Source: Gammaproteobacteria bacterium
GTDB lineage: Bacteria; Pseudomonadota; Gammaproteobacteria; Eutrophobiales; Eutrophobiaceae
Reading direction: 5' to 3'
DNA: 64,000 nucleotides
Assembly (NCBI GenBank): GCA_965261165.1
Contig: OZ253445.1
Span: 973,987-1,037,986, forward strand
Shown here piece after piece: positions 19,505 to 29,370 of the stretch. The notes beneath the pieces are model-generated. The model saw only the letters and a program-made list of their open reading frames with translations. It ran no database searches and was not told the origin of the DNA. Each line of letters starts with the position of its first letter. The first letter of the stretch is position 1. The position numbers and the translations under genes are program-made.

Positions 19505-20848
19505 TTATTTTAGCCCTAACTCGTCTTCCAGATAGTGAATGTCTGTTCCACCAGCCATAAATGCGGCATTGGTAATCAGTTTTTGATGCAACAGTATGTT
19601 GGTTTTGATCCCATCGATAACGATTTCTGATAGTGCTGTCGACATACGCTTCAAGGCCAGATTACGATCATCACCATGGACAATTAATTTACCAATCATG
19701 GAGTCATAATGCGGCGGCACTTTGTAGCCTTGGTAGACGTGTGTATCAACGCGCACACCCGGCCCACCTGGCGGATGATAATGCTCAATCGTTCCAGGTG
19801 ATGGCATGAAAGTTTCCGGATCCTCGGCGTTAATTCTACATTCAACAGCGTGGCCTCTAATTTGAATATCTTCCTGTTTGTAAGTGAGTTCATTACCATT
19901 GGCAATTCGTAATTGTTCCTTAACAATATCCACGCCTGTGACTAATTCAGTGACTGGATGCTCAACCTGAACACGAGTGTTCATTTCGATAAAATAAAAA
20001 TTGTCATTTTCATATAAAAATTCGAAGGTTCCTGCGCCGCGATAAGCAATACGTTGACAGGCTTTGACGCAACAAGCCCCGATGGTATTCCTGACTTTTT
20101 CTGTAATGCCTGGCGCTGGCGCTTCTTCGATAACTTTTTGATTCCGACGTTGCATAGAACAATCTCGTTCTCCAAGATGAATGACATTGCCATGCTCATC
20201 TGCCAGCACCTGAACCTCAACATGTCTTGGATGCTGTAAAAATTTCTCCATATAAACCATGTCATTGCCAAATGTTGTTGTTGCTTCAGCTTTGGTCAGC
20301 GAGATTGCATTCTTTAATGCTGCCTCACTGTTCACCACACGCATACCTCGGCCGCCGCCTCCACCAGATGCCTTAATAATAACCGGATAACCAATGTCTC
20401 GTGCAATCTGGAAAACACTTTCTGAATTCTCACTGATAGAACCATCGGAACCAGGCACGCACGATACACCGGCTTCTTTCATGGCCGCAATTGCTGAAAC
20501 CTTATCCCCCATAATACGAATGGTCTCAGCACGAGGACCGATGAAGATAAATCCACTTTTTTCAACACGTTCTGCAAAGTCAGCATTTTCTGAAAGGAAA
20601 CCATAGCCAGGGTGTATGGCCACTGCATCGGTCACTTCAGCCGCACTAATCACAGCAGGAATATTAAGATAACTTTCAGATGATGCCGCTGGACCTATAC
20701 AGACTGATTCATCTGCAAGGAGTACATGTTTTTGCTCCCTATCTGCTTCGGAATATGCCGCCACCGTCTTAATGCCCAGTTCTCTACAGGCACGAAGTAT
20801 ACGGAGTGCAATTTCGCCACGATTGGCAATGACAATTTTTTCAAGCAT
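19505..20848 (-). CDS. accC: Acetyl-CoA carboxylase biotin carboxylase subunit
   Basis: 447 aa ATP-grasp biotin carboxylase; no accB upstream. Confidence 0.9.
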   Translation of the reverse strand: MLEKIVIANRGEIALRILRACRELGIKTVAAYSEADREQKHVLLADESVCIGPAASSESYLNIPAVISAAEVTDAVAIHPGYGFLSENADFAERVEKSGFIFIGPRAETIRIMGDKVSAIAAMKEAGVSCVPGSDGSISENSESVFQIARDIGYPVIIKASGGGGGRGMRVVNSEAALKNAISLTKAEATTTFGNDMVYMEKFLQHPRHVEVQVLADEHGNVIHLGERDCSMQRRNQKVIEEAPAPGITEKVRNTIGACCVKACQRIAYRGAGTFEFLYENDNFYFIEMNTRVQVEHPVTELVTGVDIVKEQLRIANGNELTYKQEDIQIRGHAVECRINAEDPETFMPSPGTIEHYHPPGGPGVRVDTHVYQGYKVPPHYDSMIGKLIVHGDDRNLALKRMSTALSEIVIDGIKTNILLHQKLITNAAFMAGGTDIHYLEDELGLK

Positions 20849-20854
20849 GATTCC

Positions 20855-21025
20855 TCTAAAGAAAATTTCTACGAATTGAGACTTTTACATAATCCGCACT
20901 GATTCTACCGAAACAGGAACAATAAGACCATTCTAAAAACCTTAAGGATTATTCATCATGTCTTGGAAAGAATATCCCGAAAAGAATATCCCGTAGGACT
21001 ACCCAAGGTTGGTTCGCAGATATGC
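20855..21025 (+). repeat. Dispersed repeat family copy A (about 170 bp), immediately upstream of accC
   Basis: ttacataatccgcactgattctaccgaaacaggaacaataagaccattctaaaaaccttaaggattattcatc...cccgtaggactacccaaggttggttcgcagat; about 75-80% identical to 35813-36000. Confidence 0.6.
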
Positions 21026-21243
21026 CTTTAGTAGGACATCAATCAATAAAGATTTAGCTGAAAAAAGCATTATTGTTGTGATAGGCCCTATCAATAGCAT
21101 TGATGCCACTGTTTGCGAGGTGCAACAATGTTGGATGAAAAAGAATAAACAAAAGAATAAACATTAAAGAACAAACAAGGGCACAATACCCAAGACCCAC
21201 AAGCAACATACAATATAAAGACCATAGCAGACGGCAAGCATAA

Positions 21244-21253
21244 CCCCCCCCCC
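21244..21253 (+). repeat. Poly-C tract, 10 nt, intergenic
   Basis: cataaccccccccccgatgg; followed by ttttgttcggtggtttt, which also occurs at 1687-1703. Confidence 0.7.
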
Positions 21254-21515
21254 GATGGATTTAAGCGTTTTGTTCGGTGGTTTTATGATGTGAAGGTCTT
21301 AATGTTGGTGTTCATGGTTCTTATAGTGCGTACCATGGTTGTGAAAATGCTGATTAGCCTCGAAACCAGAGGGTTTATTTCGTTGGTGTATTCGGGTCGG
21401 TGATCTGCCTGACTGTCTCATAGTCAATGCAGTTAAATCAAGGTGGAGAGATTATTTTACATTGCTTATCCGAGACAGCCGCAAACTTTTATTCGGTGCG
21501 GCAATGGAGCCGTTC

Positions 21516-22172
21516 TCAATCCAGAACTTGCACGCTACTGTCGCCAGCAATAAGCAGGACATCCGCAGGTCGTTGGGCAAACAAGCCATTGGTGACGATG
21601 CCAGTAAGTTTATTTAATTCCTGCTCTAGCTCAACAGGCTTAAGAATGTTCAGGTTATGTACATCAAGAATAATATTGCCATTATCCGTAGTAAAGCCTT
21701 CACGTAATATCGGTTGCCCACCCAGCTTGATAATCTCTCTGGCGATATAACTTTGCGCCATAGGAATGACTTCTATTGGCAAGGGAAAAATCCCCAGCAC
21801 ATCGACCAATTTGGTTTCATCAACAATACAGACAAATTTCTTGCTGGCTGCCGCAACAATTTTTTCTCTTGTCAGCGCACCACCACCGCCTTTGATCAAG
21901 TGCAGATGTTTGGTTACTTCATCCGCTCCGTCTATGTAGACAGGAACGTCATTTGCACTGTTGAGACTTAGCACGGGAATATGATGTTGTTTCAGTAGTG
22001 CTTCTGTGGCGTCTGAACTTGGTACCGCACCATCAATTCTGTGTTTAATGGTGGCAAGGCAATCGATGAAAAAATTAACCGTGCTACCTGTTCCCACTCC
22101 GACAATCGTATCGTCTTCTACATAGACAAGTGCAGATTCTGCAGCCTGTTTCTTTTTTTCATCTTGTGTCAT
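21516..22172 (-). CDS. rpiA: Ribose-5-phosphate isomerase A
   Basis: 218 aa RpiA family. Confidence 0.9.
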   Translation of the reverse strand: MTQDEKKKQAAESALVYVEDDTIVGVGTGSTVNFFIDCLATIKHRIDGAVPSSDATEALLKQHHIPVLSLNSANDVPVYIDGADEVTKHLHLIKGGGGALTREKIVAAASKKFVCIVDETKLVDVLGIFPLPIEVIPMAQSYIAREIIKLGGQPILREGFTTDNGNIILDVHNLNILKPVELEQELNKLTGIVTNGLFAQRPADVLLIAGDSSVQVLD

Positions 22173-22271
22173 GTCTATTTTCCGTAGAGCGTATCTTCAT
22201 AATGAATCTGAAATGTTTACCCAAAAAAGGTTAATAGCAATGATTCCCAGTTTTAATGGTATCTTACACGC

Positions 22272-23789
22272 ATGGAAGACTATAAAAAAATGATCGGTGA
22301 GGCTTGCGAGCGAGTTTATGAGGTTGCCCGAAAAACTTCCCTGGATTTTGCTCCAGAAGTTTCAAGGCGGCACGGCAATAAGATACGACTGAAACGTGAG
22401 GATCAGCAGCCGGTTTTTTCTTACAAGTTGCGTGGTGCCTATAATTTGATGGCCAGTTTGTCAGATACTGAAAGGCAAAAAGGCGTCATTGCCGCATCTG
22501 CTGGGAATCATGCTCAAGGTGTTGCGCTTGCTGGAAAAAAATTAGCTATTAAAGCTGTTATAGTGATGCCCAAGACAACACCAGAAATTAAAATTACTGC
22601 GGTAAAGCGTTTGGGTGCAGAAGTCATCCTACATGGCAATAACTACGATGAAGCCAAGGATTATGCTGCCGGAGTCGCAAAACAGGAAGGTAAGGCCTAT
22701 ATCCCTCCTTACGATCACCCCATCGTAATTGCTGGTCAGGCAACTATCGCCGTTGAAATATTGGATCAGCATCCAACACAGCCCGATATTATTTTTGTCC
22801 CAGTCGGCGGCGGCGGTTTAATTGCAGGTATTGTTGCTTATCTAAAGGAGACTTCGCCGGAGATAACGATTATCGGTGTTGAACCGGATGAAGCGCCTTG
22901 CATGCATGCGGCATTGGCTGCTGGCGAACGTGTTGATCTGGAACATATTGGTATTTTTGCCGATGGTGCAGCAGTTCGACAGGCTGGTGAAGAACCTTTT
23001 CGCCTGATTCGGGATGTTGTTGATGAAATCCTGTTAGTGAATGTTGATGAAATCTGTGCGGCAATAAAAGATATTTTCGAAGATACTCGTTCGATTCCAG
23101 AACCTGCAGGCGCACTGGCACTGGCCGGACTCAAACAATATGTCGCCAGAGAAGGTATTAGAGATAAAGAGCTGGTGGCTATTTTCAGTGGTGCCAATGT
23201 GAATTTTGATCGTCTGCGTCATATCGCAGAACTTTCAGCGTTGGGCGAAAATCGAGAAGCATTGATCGGCACGACAATCCCGGAAAAGCCTGGAAGTTTC
23301 CTTGAATATTGTCATGACTTAGGTCCAAGACAAATCACTGAGTTTAATTATCGCTATGATGATTCAAAAACTGCTCACGTATTTACAGGCTTGCAACTAC
23401 GTCACGGTGTCGATGAAAAAAATAAATTGATAGCTAATTTGAAAAGCAAAGGTTATGAAGTCGTCGATCTAAGTAGTGATGAAGTCGCAAAAATGCATGT
23501 TCGTTATATGGTTGGTGGTCATGCGGCTAAAGCAGGGAATGAATTGCTTTATCGCTTTGAATTTCCAGAACGCTCGGGAGCCTTATTGCATTTTCTCGGG
23601 CAAATGGGTGAGCGTTGGAATATTAGTTTGTTTCATTATCGCAATCATGGTGCTGCCTATGGTCGCGTACTGATGGGGATTCAAGTTCCTGATAAGGAAT
23701 GCCCTGAGTTTCAGAAATTTCTGGATGGTCTGGGGATGCAGTATTGGGATGAGAGCGGTAATGCAGCGTATGAGATATTTTTGAGTTAG
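22272..23789 (+). CDS. ilvA: Biosynthetic threonine dehydratase (threonine ammonia-lyase)
   Basis: 505 aa, PLP fold plus two C-terminal ACT-like regulatory domains. Confidence 0.9.
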   Translation: MEDYKKMIGEACERVYEVARKTSLDFAPEVSRRHGNKIRLKREDQQPVFSYKLRGAYNLMASLSDTERQKGVIAASAGNHAQGVALAGKKLAIKAVIVMPKTTPEIKITAVKRLGAEVILHGNNYDEAKDYAAGVAKQEGKAYIPPYDHPIVIAGQATIAVEILDQHPTQPDIIFVPVGGGGLIAGIVAYLKETSPEITIIGVEPDEAPCMHAALAAGERVDLEHIGIFADGAAVRQAGEEPFRLIRDVVDEILLVNVDEICAAIKDIFEDTRSIPEPAGALALAGLKQYVAREGIRDKELVAIFSGANVNFDRLRHIAELSALGENREALIGTTIPEKPGSFLEYCHDLGPRQITEFNYRYDDSKTAHVFTGLQLRHGVDEKNKLIANLKSKGYEVVDLSSDEVAKMHVRYMVGGHAAKAGNELLYRFEFPERSGALLHFLGQMGERWNISLFHYRNHGAAYGRVLMGIQVPDKECPEFQKFLDGLGMQYWDESGNAAYEIFLS

Positions 23790-23859
23790 TAAGTCTACTT
23801 TTTTGAGTTACCTAGGGCAGTCCCTAGCTCATAAACAATTTTGGCACTAGATGATTAAG

Positions 23860-24080
23860 ATTTAGGCGGGTATCAACCGCAGTGTCGCTACAAACCTCAG
23901 AACTTGAACCGTGAGTTCAAGTGGGAAGTAATCATGACATATCAGGCTCCCCACGAATGGATGTGCACACAACGTCAAAAATCAGATTCCCTTAGTAGTA
24001 TAGATAGGCTCAAGTCACCACCAGCCTGCTCACGAACACCGCAGAAAATACCCTAAACTGCTTGTCGCTACTCCAATTCG
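23860..24080 (-). ncRNA. ssrS: Candidate 6S RNA
   Basis: About 220-nt non-coding gap immediately downstream of zapA on the same strand, which is the conserved ssrS position. The minus-strand RNA ends with ...CUUGAACUCACGGUUCAAG... resembling the E. coli 6S 3' hairpin CCUUGAACCAAGGGUUCAAGG. Its central part GCGGUGUUCGUGAGCAGGCUGGUGG resembles E. coli GCGGUUGGUGAGCAUGCUCGG. Confidence 0.45.
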
Positions 24081-24106
24081 GCGCTATGTTTTAATTGATC
24101 CTGCTA

Positions 24107-24418
24107 CTAAATCCCCATCTGATTACCTTTCATCAGGACATCATCTATTTTGTTTTGTAAACGCCGAACTACTCCGCCCACGTCCGAAGTATAGCCCTCA
24201 TTTTCTTTTTTGTATGCAAGCATTTCATGGGCAATATTCAGGGCAGCTAAAACAGCAATCTGCTCGCTACCAATGATTTTCCCCGAGGTTTTTACTTCCT
24301 GCATTCTTTCGTTCAATAAACTTGCTGCATCATCGAGAACCTCACGTTCCTCATTACTACATGCAATTAGGTATTCTTTGTCGAGGATGGTGATGCTGGC
24401 TGGTTTTGTTTTTCTCAC
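24107..24418 (-). CDS. zapA: Cell division protein ZapA
   Basis: 103 aa, ZapA family. Confidence 0.85.
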   Translation of the reverse strand: MRKTKPASITILDKEYLIACSNEEREVLDDAASLLNERMQEVKTSGKIIGSEQIAVLAALNIAHEMLAYKKENEGYTSDVGGVVRRLQNKIDDVLMKGNQMGI

Positions 24419-24639
24419 GGACGCGTTTCCATTGCACGTAGTCTGGAGATCATTGATTCAATACGGGTTCTTGCCTGTTCAGTTTTCTCTATCAATTCAG
24501 CGCGTTCGGTCACCAGATTACTCTGTTGGCTTCGCAGCGCGGTATTTTCTGATGTCAATTTATTGACTGTGCTGATGAGTTCATCAACGCGCAATTCCAA
24601 CGCCTTAAGATCGACTGCTTCATTATTTTGATCTGCCAT
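24415..24639 (-). CDS. Small coiled-coil protein (TIGR02449/ZapB-like), 4-nt overlap with zapA
   Basis: 74 aa, all heptad coiled-coil; conserved partner upstream of zapA in the Pseudomonas-type arrangement. Confidence 0.5.
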   Translation of the reverse strand: MADQNNEAVDLKALELRVDELISTVNKLTSENTALRSQQSNLVTERAELIEKTEQARTRIESMISRLRAMETRP

Positions 24640-24868
24640 GAATTTATCCCGAAAAATTATGCCCGGCTGTGGTCAAAAGCCTCTGTTTGTTTGTTATCAT
24701 TTGTGCAATATAGAACGAGCGATGGGAGTGGTCAAGATGTGCAGGGGAAAAGCTGACCTGAAACTTGCATTTACAAGCAGTTTGGGTGCGGTTGATTTTA
24801 AAAATCAATGAATTCGACAACGGTTTAGGGCTCATACTCACGATTAAATAGATAGATATTCCGAGAAC

Positions 24869-25444
24869 ATGGATAATATACAAAATTTTGAACAATTAAA
24901 TGAAATATTGATCACTTCAGGAGTTGGATTTCACGCACCAGAATGCCATGGGTTTTTATGTGCATTGGTATGTGGAAATGGGCAGGTTCAGGAGCAGAAA
25001 ATAAGGGAATATTTTTTATTGGATAATGATGGAACTGCAAACCCAGATGAATGTTTCAATCGTTTAAAAGCATTAGCTAAAGATATAGAGATTAAGATGC
25101 GCTCCCCCGATCTTGATTTGCAGTTGTTACTTGCGGACGAAGATGAAGCGCTTGCAGAGCAGAGTCGTTCACTTGCAAAGTGGTGTCAGGGCTTTATGAG
25201 CGGCATGGGTTTATCCGGTGTGAAAGATGAACAAATTCCTTCTGAATCGCAGGAATTGATTAATGATTTTTACAAGATAGCAAATCTGGATGCCGACAAT
25301 GGAGATAGTTTGGACCAGGAGAATGATTTAGCCCTGATGGAATTGATCGAATATGTACGGATAGGAACGATTTATATCTTTGAGGATTTACAGGGCAATG
25401 CCAATAGTTCAGGAAATTATCAGCCTGAGGTATTACATCAATGA
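24869..25444 (+). CDS. ygfB: UPF0149 family protein YgfB
   Basis: 191 aa; conserved ygfB-pepP-ubiH-ubiI order. Confidence 0.7.
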   Translation: MDNIQNFEQLNEILITSGVGFHAPECHGFLCALVCGNGQVQEQKIREYFLLDNDGTANPDECFNRLKALAKDIEIKMRSPDLDLQLLLADEDEALAEQSRSLAKWCQGFMSGMGLSGVKDEQIPSESQELINDFYKIANLDADNGDSLDQENDLALMELIEYVRIGTIYIFEDLQGNANSSGNYQPEVLHQ

Positions 25445-26754
25445 ACGCCAGGGAATTTACGCATCGACGCAAACGTTTAATGGACATGATGGGCAATGAA
25501 AGTATTGCGATCTTGCCCACTGCCTCGGTATATCTCAGGAACAATGATGTCGAATTTCCCTTTCGTCCGAATAGTGATTTTTATTATATGACAGGTTATC
25601 CGGAGCCTGAGGCGATTGCTGTACTGATTGCTGACCGCCCCCATGGCGAATATGTTTTGTTTTGCAGGGAACGTGATCCATACAAGGAAACTTGGAATGG
25701 CAAGCGCGCTGGTCTGGAAGGGGCTTGCGAGATTTATGGCGCAGATGATGCCTTTCCTATCGAAGATATGGATGACATTCTACCCAGTCTACTCGAAGAT
25801 AGAGAACGTATCTTTTACACCATGGGTAATGATGCAGTTTTTGATCAACGTGTCCTAGGGTGGGTGAATGAGGTTCGAAACAAGGCTCGCACAGGTGTGA
25901 ATGCACCTGATAAATTTATCTCGCTGACACATATCTTGCACGATATGCGACTTTATAAAAGTCGTCAGGAAATTACTGTCATGCGCAAGGCAGCGAAGAT
26001 CTCAGCAGTAGCACATAAAAGCGCAATGCAAATTTGTCAGCCAGGTTTAATGGAATACCAGATTGAAGCTGAATTAGTCCACAAATTTATGCAACAGGGC
26101 TCAAAAATTCCTGCCTATCCATCGATTGTGGGTGGTGGTGCAAACAGTTGTATTCTGCATTACACGGATAATGACGAAGAACTCAAAGAAGGTGATGTTT
26201 TGTTGATCGATGCTGGCGCTGAATATGAAGGTTATGCTAGTGATATCACGCGAACATTTCCGGTCAATGGAAAATTTAGCAAGGCACAAAAAGATATTTA
26301 TAAAGTTGTTTTGCACGCACAGTTGTTAGCGATAGCAGAGATTAAGCCGGGGAACCATTGGAATGATCCTCATAAAGCTGCAGTAAAAGCCATTACTGAA
26401 GGTTTGTTATACTTGGGAATCCTCAAGGGCAAGTTAAGCACATTATTGAAGGAGCATGCCTATAGTAAATATTATATGCATCGTACCGGCCACTGGCTGG
26501 GCATGGATGTGCATGATGTCGGTGATTACAAGGTCGATGGTGAGTGGCGTATGCTGGAGCCGGGAATGGTGCTGACGGTTGAGCCTGGTTTATATTTGCC
26601 AGCTAAGACTAAAGGTCTGGCAAAGAAATGGTGGGATATCGGCATCAGAATAGAAGATGATGTTCTGGTGACTAAAGATGGTCATGATGTGCTTAGCAAA
26701 GACACACCAAAAACAATCAATGAGATAGAAATGTTGATGGCTGACATTGCCTAA
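25441..26754 (+). CDS. pepP: Xaa-Pro aminopeptidase
   Basis: 437 aa, M24B family, metal ligands (D..D..H..E..E) in place. Confidence 0.9.
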   Translation: MNAREFTHRRKRLMDMMGNESIAILPTASVYLRNNDVEFPFRPNSDFYYMTGYPEPEAIAVLIADRPHGEYVLFCRERDPYKETWNGKRAGLEGACEIYGADDAFPIEDMDDILPSLLEDRERIFYTMGNDAVFDQRVLGWVNEVRNKARTGVNAPDKFISLTHILHDMRLYKSRQEITVMRKAAKISAVAHKSAMQICQPGLMEYQIEAELVHKFMQQGSKIPAYPSIVGGGANSCILHYTDNDEELKEGDVLLIDAGAEYEGYASDITRTFPVNGKFSKAQKDIYKVVLHAQLLAIAEIKPGNHWNDPHKAAVKAITEGLLYLGILKGKLSTLLKEHAYSKYYMHRTGHWLGMDVHDVGDYKVDGEWRMLEPGMVLTVEPGLYLPAKTKGLAKKWWDIGIRIEDDVLVTKDGHDVLSKDTPKTINEIEMLMADIA

Positions 26755-26782
26755 CGATATTCTATAAATATGGCTTATCAAT

Positions 26783-28042
26783 ATGCCTCATGATTATGAT
26801 GTCATCATTGTTGGCGGCGGCGCTGTTGGTGCGGCGCTGGCATGTGCTTTAAGGAACAGCAATCTTAAGATAGCTATTGTCGAAGCTGTTTCACCAAAGG
26901 CCGACACCCAACCAAGTTTTGATGACAGAGGTTTATCTATATCTCTGTCATCAAAAAATATCCTTGATAATCTTGGCCTTTGGCAGAAAATTTCGTCTCA
27001 TTCAAATCCTATTAAACACATCCATGTGTCTGATCAGAATCATTTTGGTTTTGTCAGGATGGATGCTGAATCAATGAATGTATCAGCACTTGGCCACATT
27101 GTGTTAGCTAGAGAATTGGGCAAGGCGTTTATGCAAACTATTGAAATGGCTGACAATATTAGCCTCCTATGTCCTGCTTCGGTAACGGCTGTAGAAGTTT
27201 CTGCTTTATCAGTCACCGTCACCGTGGATATTGATGGTGTTGAGAAGATCATTAGCAGTAAATTACTGGCCGCCGCCGATGGTGCAGAATCCAGAACTAG
27301 AGATATATTGGGGATAAAAGCCACAATTGAAGATTATCAACAGGTTGCTATCGTCAGCAATGTTCTCTTGGAAAGACCGCATTTGAATACCGCGTACGAA
27401 CGATTTACTGAAACAGGGCCTCTAGCACTGTTGCCGTATTCGGAGCGGCGTTGTGTTCTGGTTTTTACTGTTGTAGCAAATGAGGCAGAAAAATATTTAC
27501 AGATGGAAGAGATGAAATTTCTGGATATTTTACTGCAACGTTTCGGGCGTCGTTTGGGTAAATTTTCAAAATTAGGTCAACGGAAAGATTATCCATTAAA
27601 AATGTTACAGACCGAAGAACAAGTAAAACATCGGGCGGTGATCCTAGGAAATGCCGCACATGTTGTTCATCCAAATGGTGCGCAAGGTTTTAATTTTGGG
27701 CTGCGTGATGCAGTGGCACTTGCCGAAGTGTTGATCGAGGCACAACAAGAGAATAAAGATATTGGAGAGTTATCACTACTGGAATCTTATTTACAGTCAA
27801 GAATGGAAGATCAGCAACGGGTATTGAAATTTACAGACAGGTTGGCAAAGAATTTTTATAACAGGCAGCCGCTGAAAATTATTGCACGAAACCTTGTTAT
27901 GCTGGCTACTGATTTAACGCCACCATTGAAACATCGGTTTACAAGGAGAGCAATGGGTTTTTGGGGTCATCAGCCATCCCTGATTAAGTCAACAATGGCG
28001 AAGTCACCTACGACTTCTAAACCTTCTTCGTTGTCCAGATAG
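26783..28042 (+). CDS. ubiH: 2-octaprenyl-6-methoxyphenol hydroxylase (FAD monooxygenase)
   Basis: 419 aa; GxGxxG FAD motif DVIIVGGGAVG; position after pepP. Confidence 0.85.
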   Translation: MPHDYDVIIVGGGAVGAALACALRNSNLKIAIVEAVSPKADTQPSFDDRGLSISLSSKNILDNLGLWQKISSHSNPIKHIHVSDQNHFGFVRMDAESMNVSALGHIVLARELGKAFMQTIEMADNISLLCPASVTAVEVSALSVTVTVDIDGVEKIISSKLLAAADGAESRTRDILGIKATIEDYQQVAIVSNVLLERPHLNTAYERFTETGPLALLPYSERRCVLVFTVVANEAEKYLQMEEMKFLDILLQRFGRRLGKFSKLGQRKDYPLKMLQTEEQVKHRAVILGNAAHVVHPNGAQGFNFGLRDAVALAEVLIEAQQENKDIGELSLLESYLQSRMEDQQRVLKFTDRLAKNFYNRQPLKIIARNLVMLATDLTPPLKHRFTRRAMGFWGHQPSLIKSTMAKSPTTSKPSSLSR

Positions 28043-28054
28043 GGATTACGCAGA

Positions 28055-29290
28055 TTGAATCCTTTAGGGCATATTCAAGTAGACGTAATTATTGTTGGTG
28101 CGGGTGTTGCAGGGGCAACATTTGCAGCCATTCTTAAAGATAGTGGCATCAGTTGTTTTTTAGTTGAAGTAGAGGCTGCTAGTAAAAACAAGAGTAAGCA
28201 AAAAAATATTGATCCTCGGGCTTTAGCGCTAACTCATGCCTCGAAAAATATACTACAGTCTGTCGGTGCCTGGGATGAAATTCCATATAACTGTATTGGA
28301 TTATTTCGTAGGATGCATATCTGGGACGAAAATGGTCTAGGCGAGGTCAATCTCAGTAGTGCTGATATATCAGAATCAGTAATGGGTTATATTGTTGAGC
28401 AGAAGATTGTAGAGTACGCGCTCGAAACGGTATTGAATAAAACCGAACATCTCACATGGTTTCGTCCTGCCGAGGCAAAATCATTAGATAACGAAAAAGA
28501 TAAGATCTGTCTTGGTCTGGATGACGGTCGTCGATTATCGGCCAAATTATTGGTCGCGGCTGATGGTCAATCATCTGCGATTCGAGAATTGGCAGGGATT
28601 AATTCTAGAACCCGTGAATATCATCAACATGCTTTGGTCTGTGTCGCCGAAACTGAACATCCACATCAAGAGGTTGCTCGGCAAAGATTTTTGCATCGTG
28701 GCCCATTGGCTTTTTTACCGATGGCGGGAGCTAATCAGTGCGGGACTGTCTGGTCGACGACACCAGAACATGCGACGGAATTAAAGGCCATGAATGAAAA
28801 AGTATTTAACAAGATCCTGGCCGAGGCATTCGATTACCATGCGGGTGATATTTTCAAAACTAGTCCTCGCGCAACATTTCCGTTGGCACGGGCACATGCG
28901 GATGAATATTGTCGTTCACGTCTCGCCCTTGTGGGTGATGCCGCTCATCGAATACACCCGCTTGCGGGACACGGCGCGAATCTGGGCTTGCTGGATGTCG
29001 CTTGTTTGGCCGAAATTATTTTACAGGCAAAAGACAAAGGTAGAGACATTGGTGCATTTTCTGTCTTGCGTAAATATGAACGTTGGCGCAAGGGTGAAAA
29101 TAGCACCATGATGATGACCACGGAAGGTTTAAAATATTTATTCGAGAACAAAACTGAAATTGTATCCCGACTACGTAATGCGGGGATGGATATGTTTGAT
29201 TCGATGAAGCCCATTAAACATGAAGTGATGAGACGAGCCATGGGTTTGGTAGGGGATTTACCAGATATCGCCCGTAAACGCTATGGTTAA
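28055..29290 (+). CDS. ubiI: 2-octaprenylphenol hydroxylase (UbiI/VisC-type FAD monooxygenase)
   Basis: 411 aa FAD monooxygenase paralog following ubiH. Confidence 0.8.
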   Translation: MNPLGHIQVDVIIVGAGVAGATFAAILKDSGISCFLVEVEAASKNKSKQKNIDPRALALTHASKNILQSVGAWDEIPYNCIGLFRRMHIWDENGLGEVNLSSADISESVMGYIVEQKIVEYALETVLNKTEHLTWFRPAEAKSLDNEKDKICLGLDDGRRLSAKLLVAADGQSSAIRELAGINSRTREYHQHALVCVAETEHPHQEVARQRFLHRGPLAFLPMAGANQCGTVWSTTPEHATELKAMNEKVFNKILAEAFDYHAGDIFKTSPRATFPLARAHADEYCRSRLALVGDAAHRIHPLAGHGANLGLLDVACLAEIILQAKDKGRDIGAFSVLRKYERWRKGENSTMMMTTEGLKYLFENKTEIVSRLRNAGMDMFDSMKPIKHEVMRRAMGLVGDLPDIARKRYG

Positions 29291-29370
29291 CCAGCTTACA
29301 TATTCAGGTACAATGCCCGCCCTGTTTTAAGCCGAATATTAAAGGATGCAGTAAGTAGAGAGATTGAAGT

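Noticed and set aside
22838-23222. Several 60-120-aa minus-strand ORFs inside ilvA
   Set aside because: Embedded antisense in a conserved gene; Ala/Ser/Arg-rich composition typical of antisense frames.
23800-23830. ctagggcagtccctag hairpin after the ilvA stop as an intrinsic terminator
   Set aside because: The stem is present but not followed by a T-run; left uncalled.
24644-24895. 83-aa ORF in the zapA/ygfB divergent intergenic region
   Set aside because: Low-complexity, no motifs, overlaps the probable divergent promoters; likely spurious.
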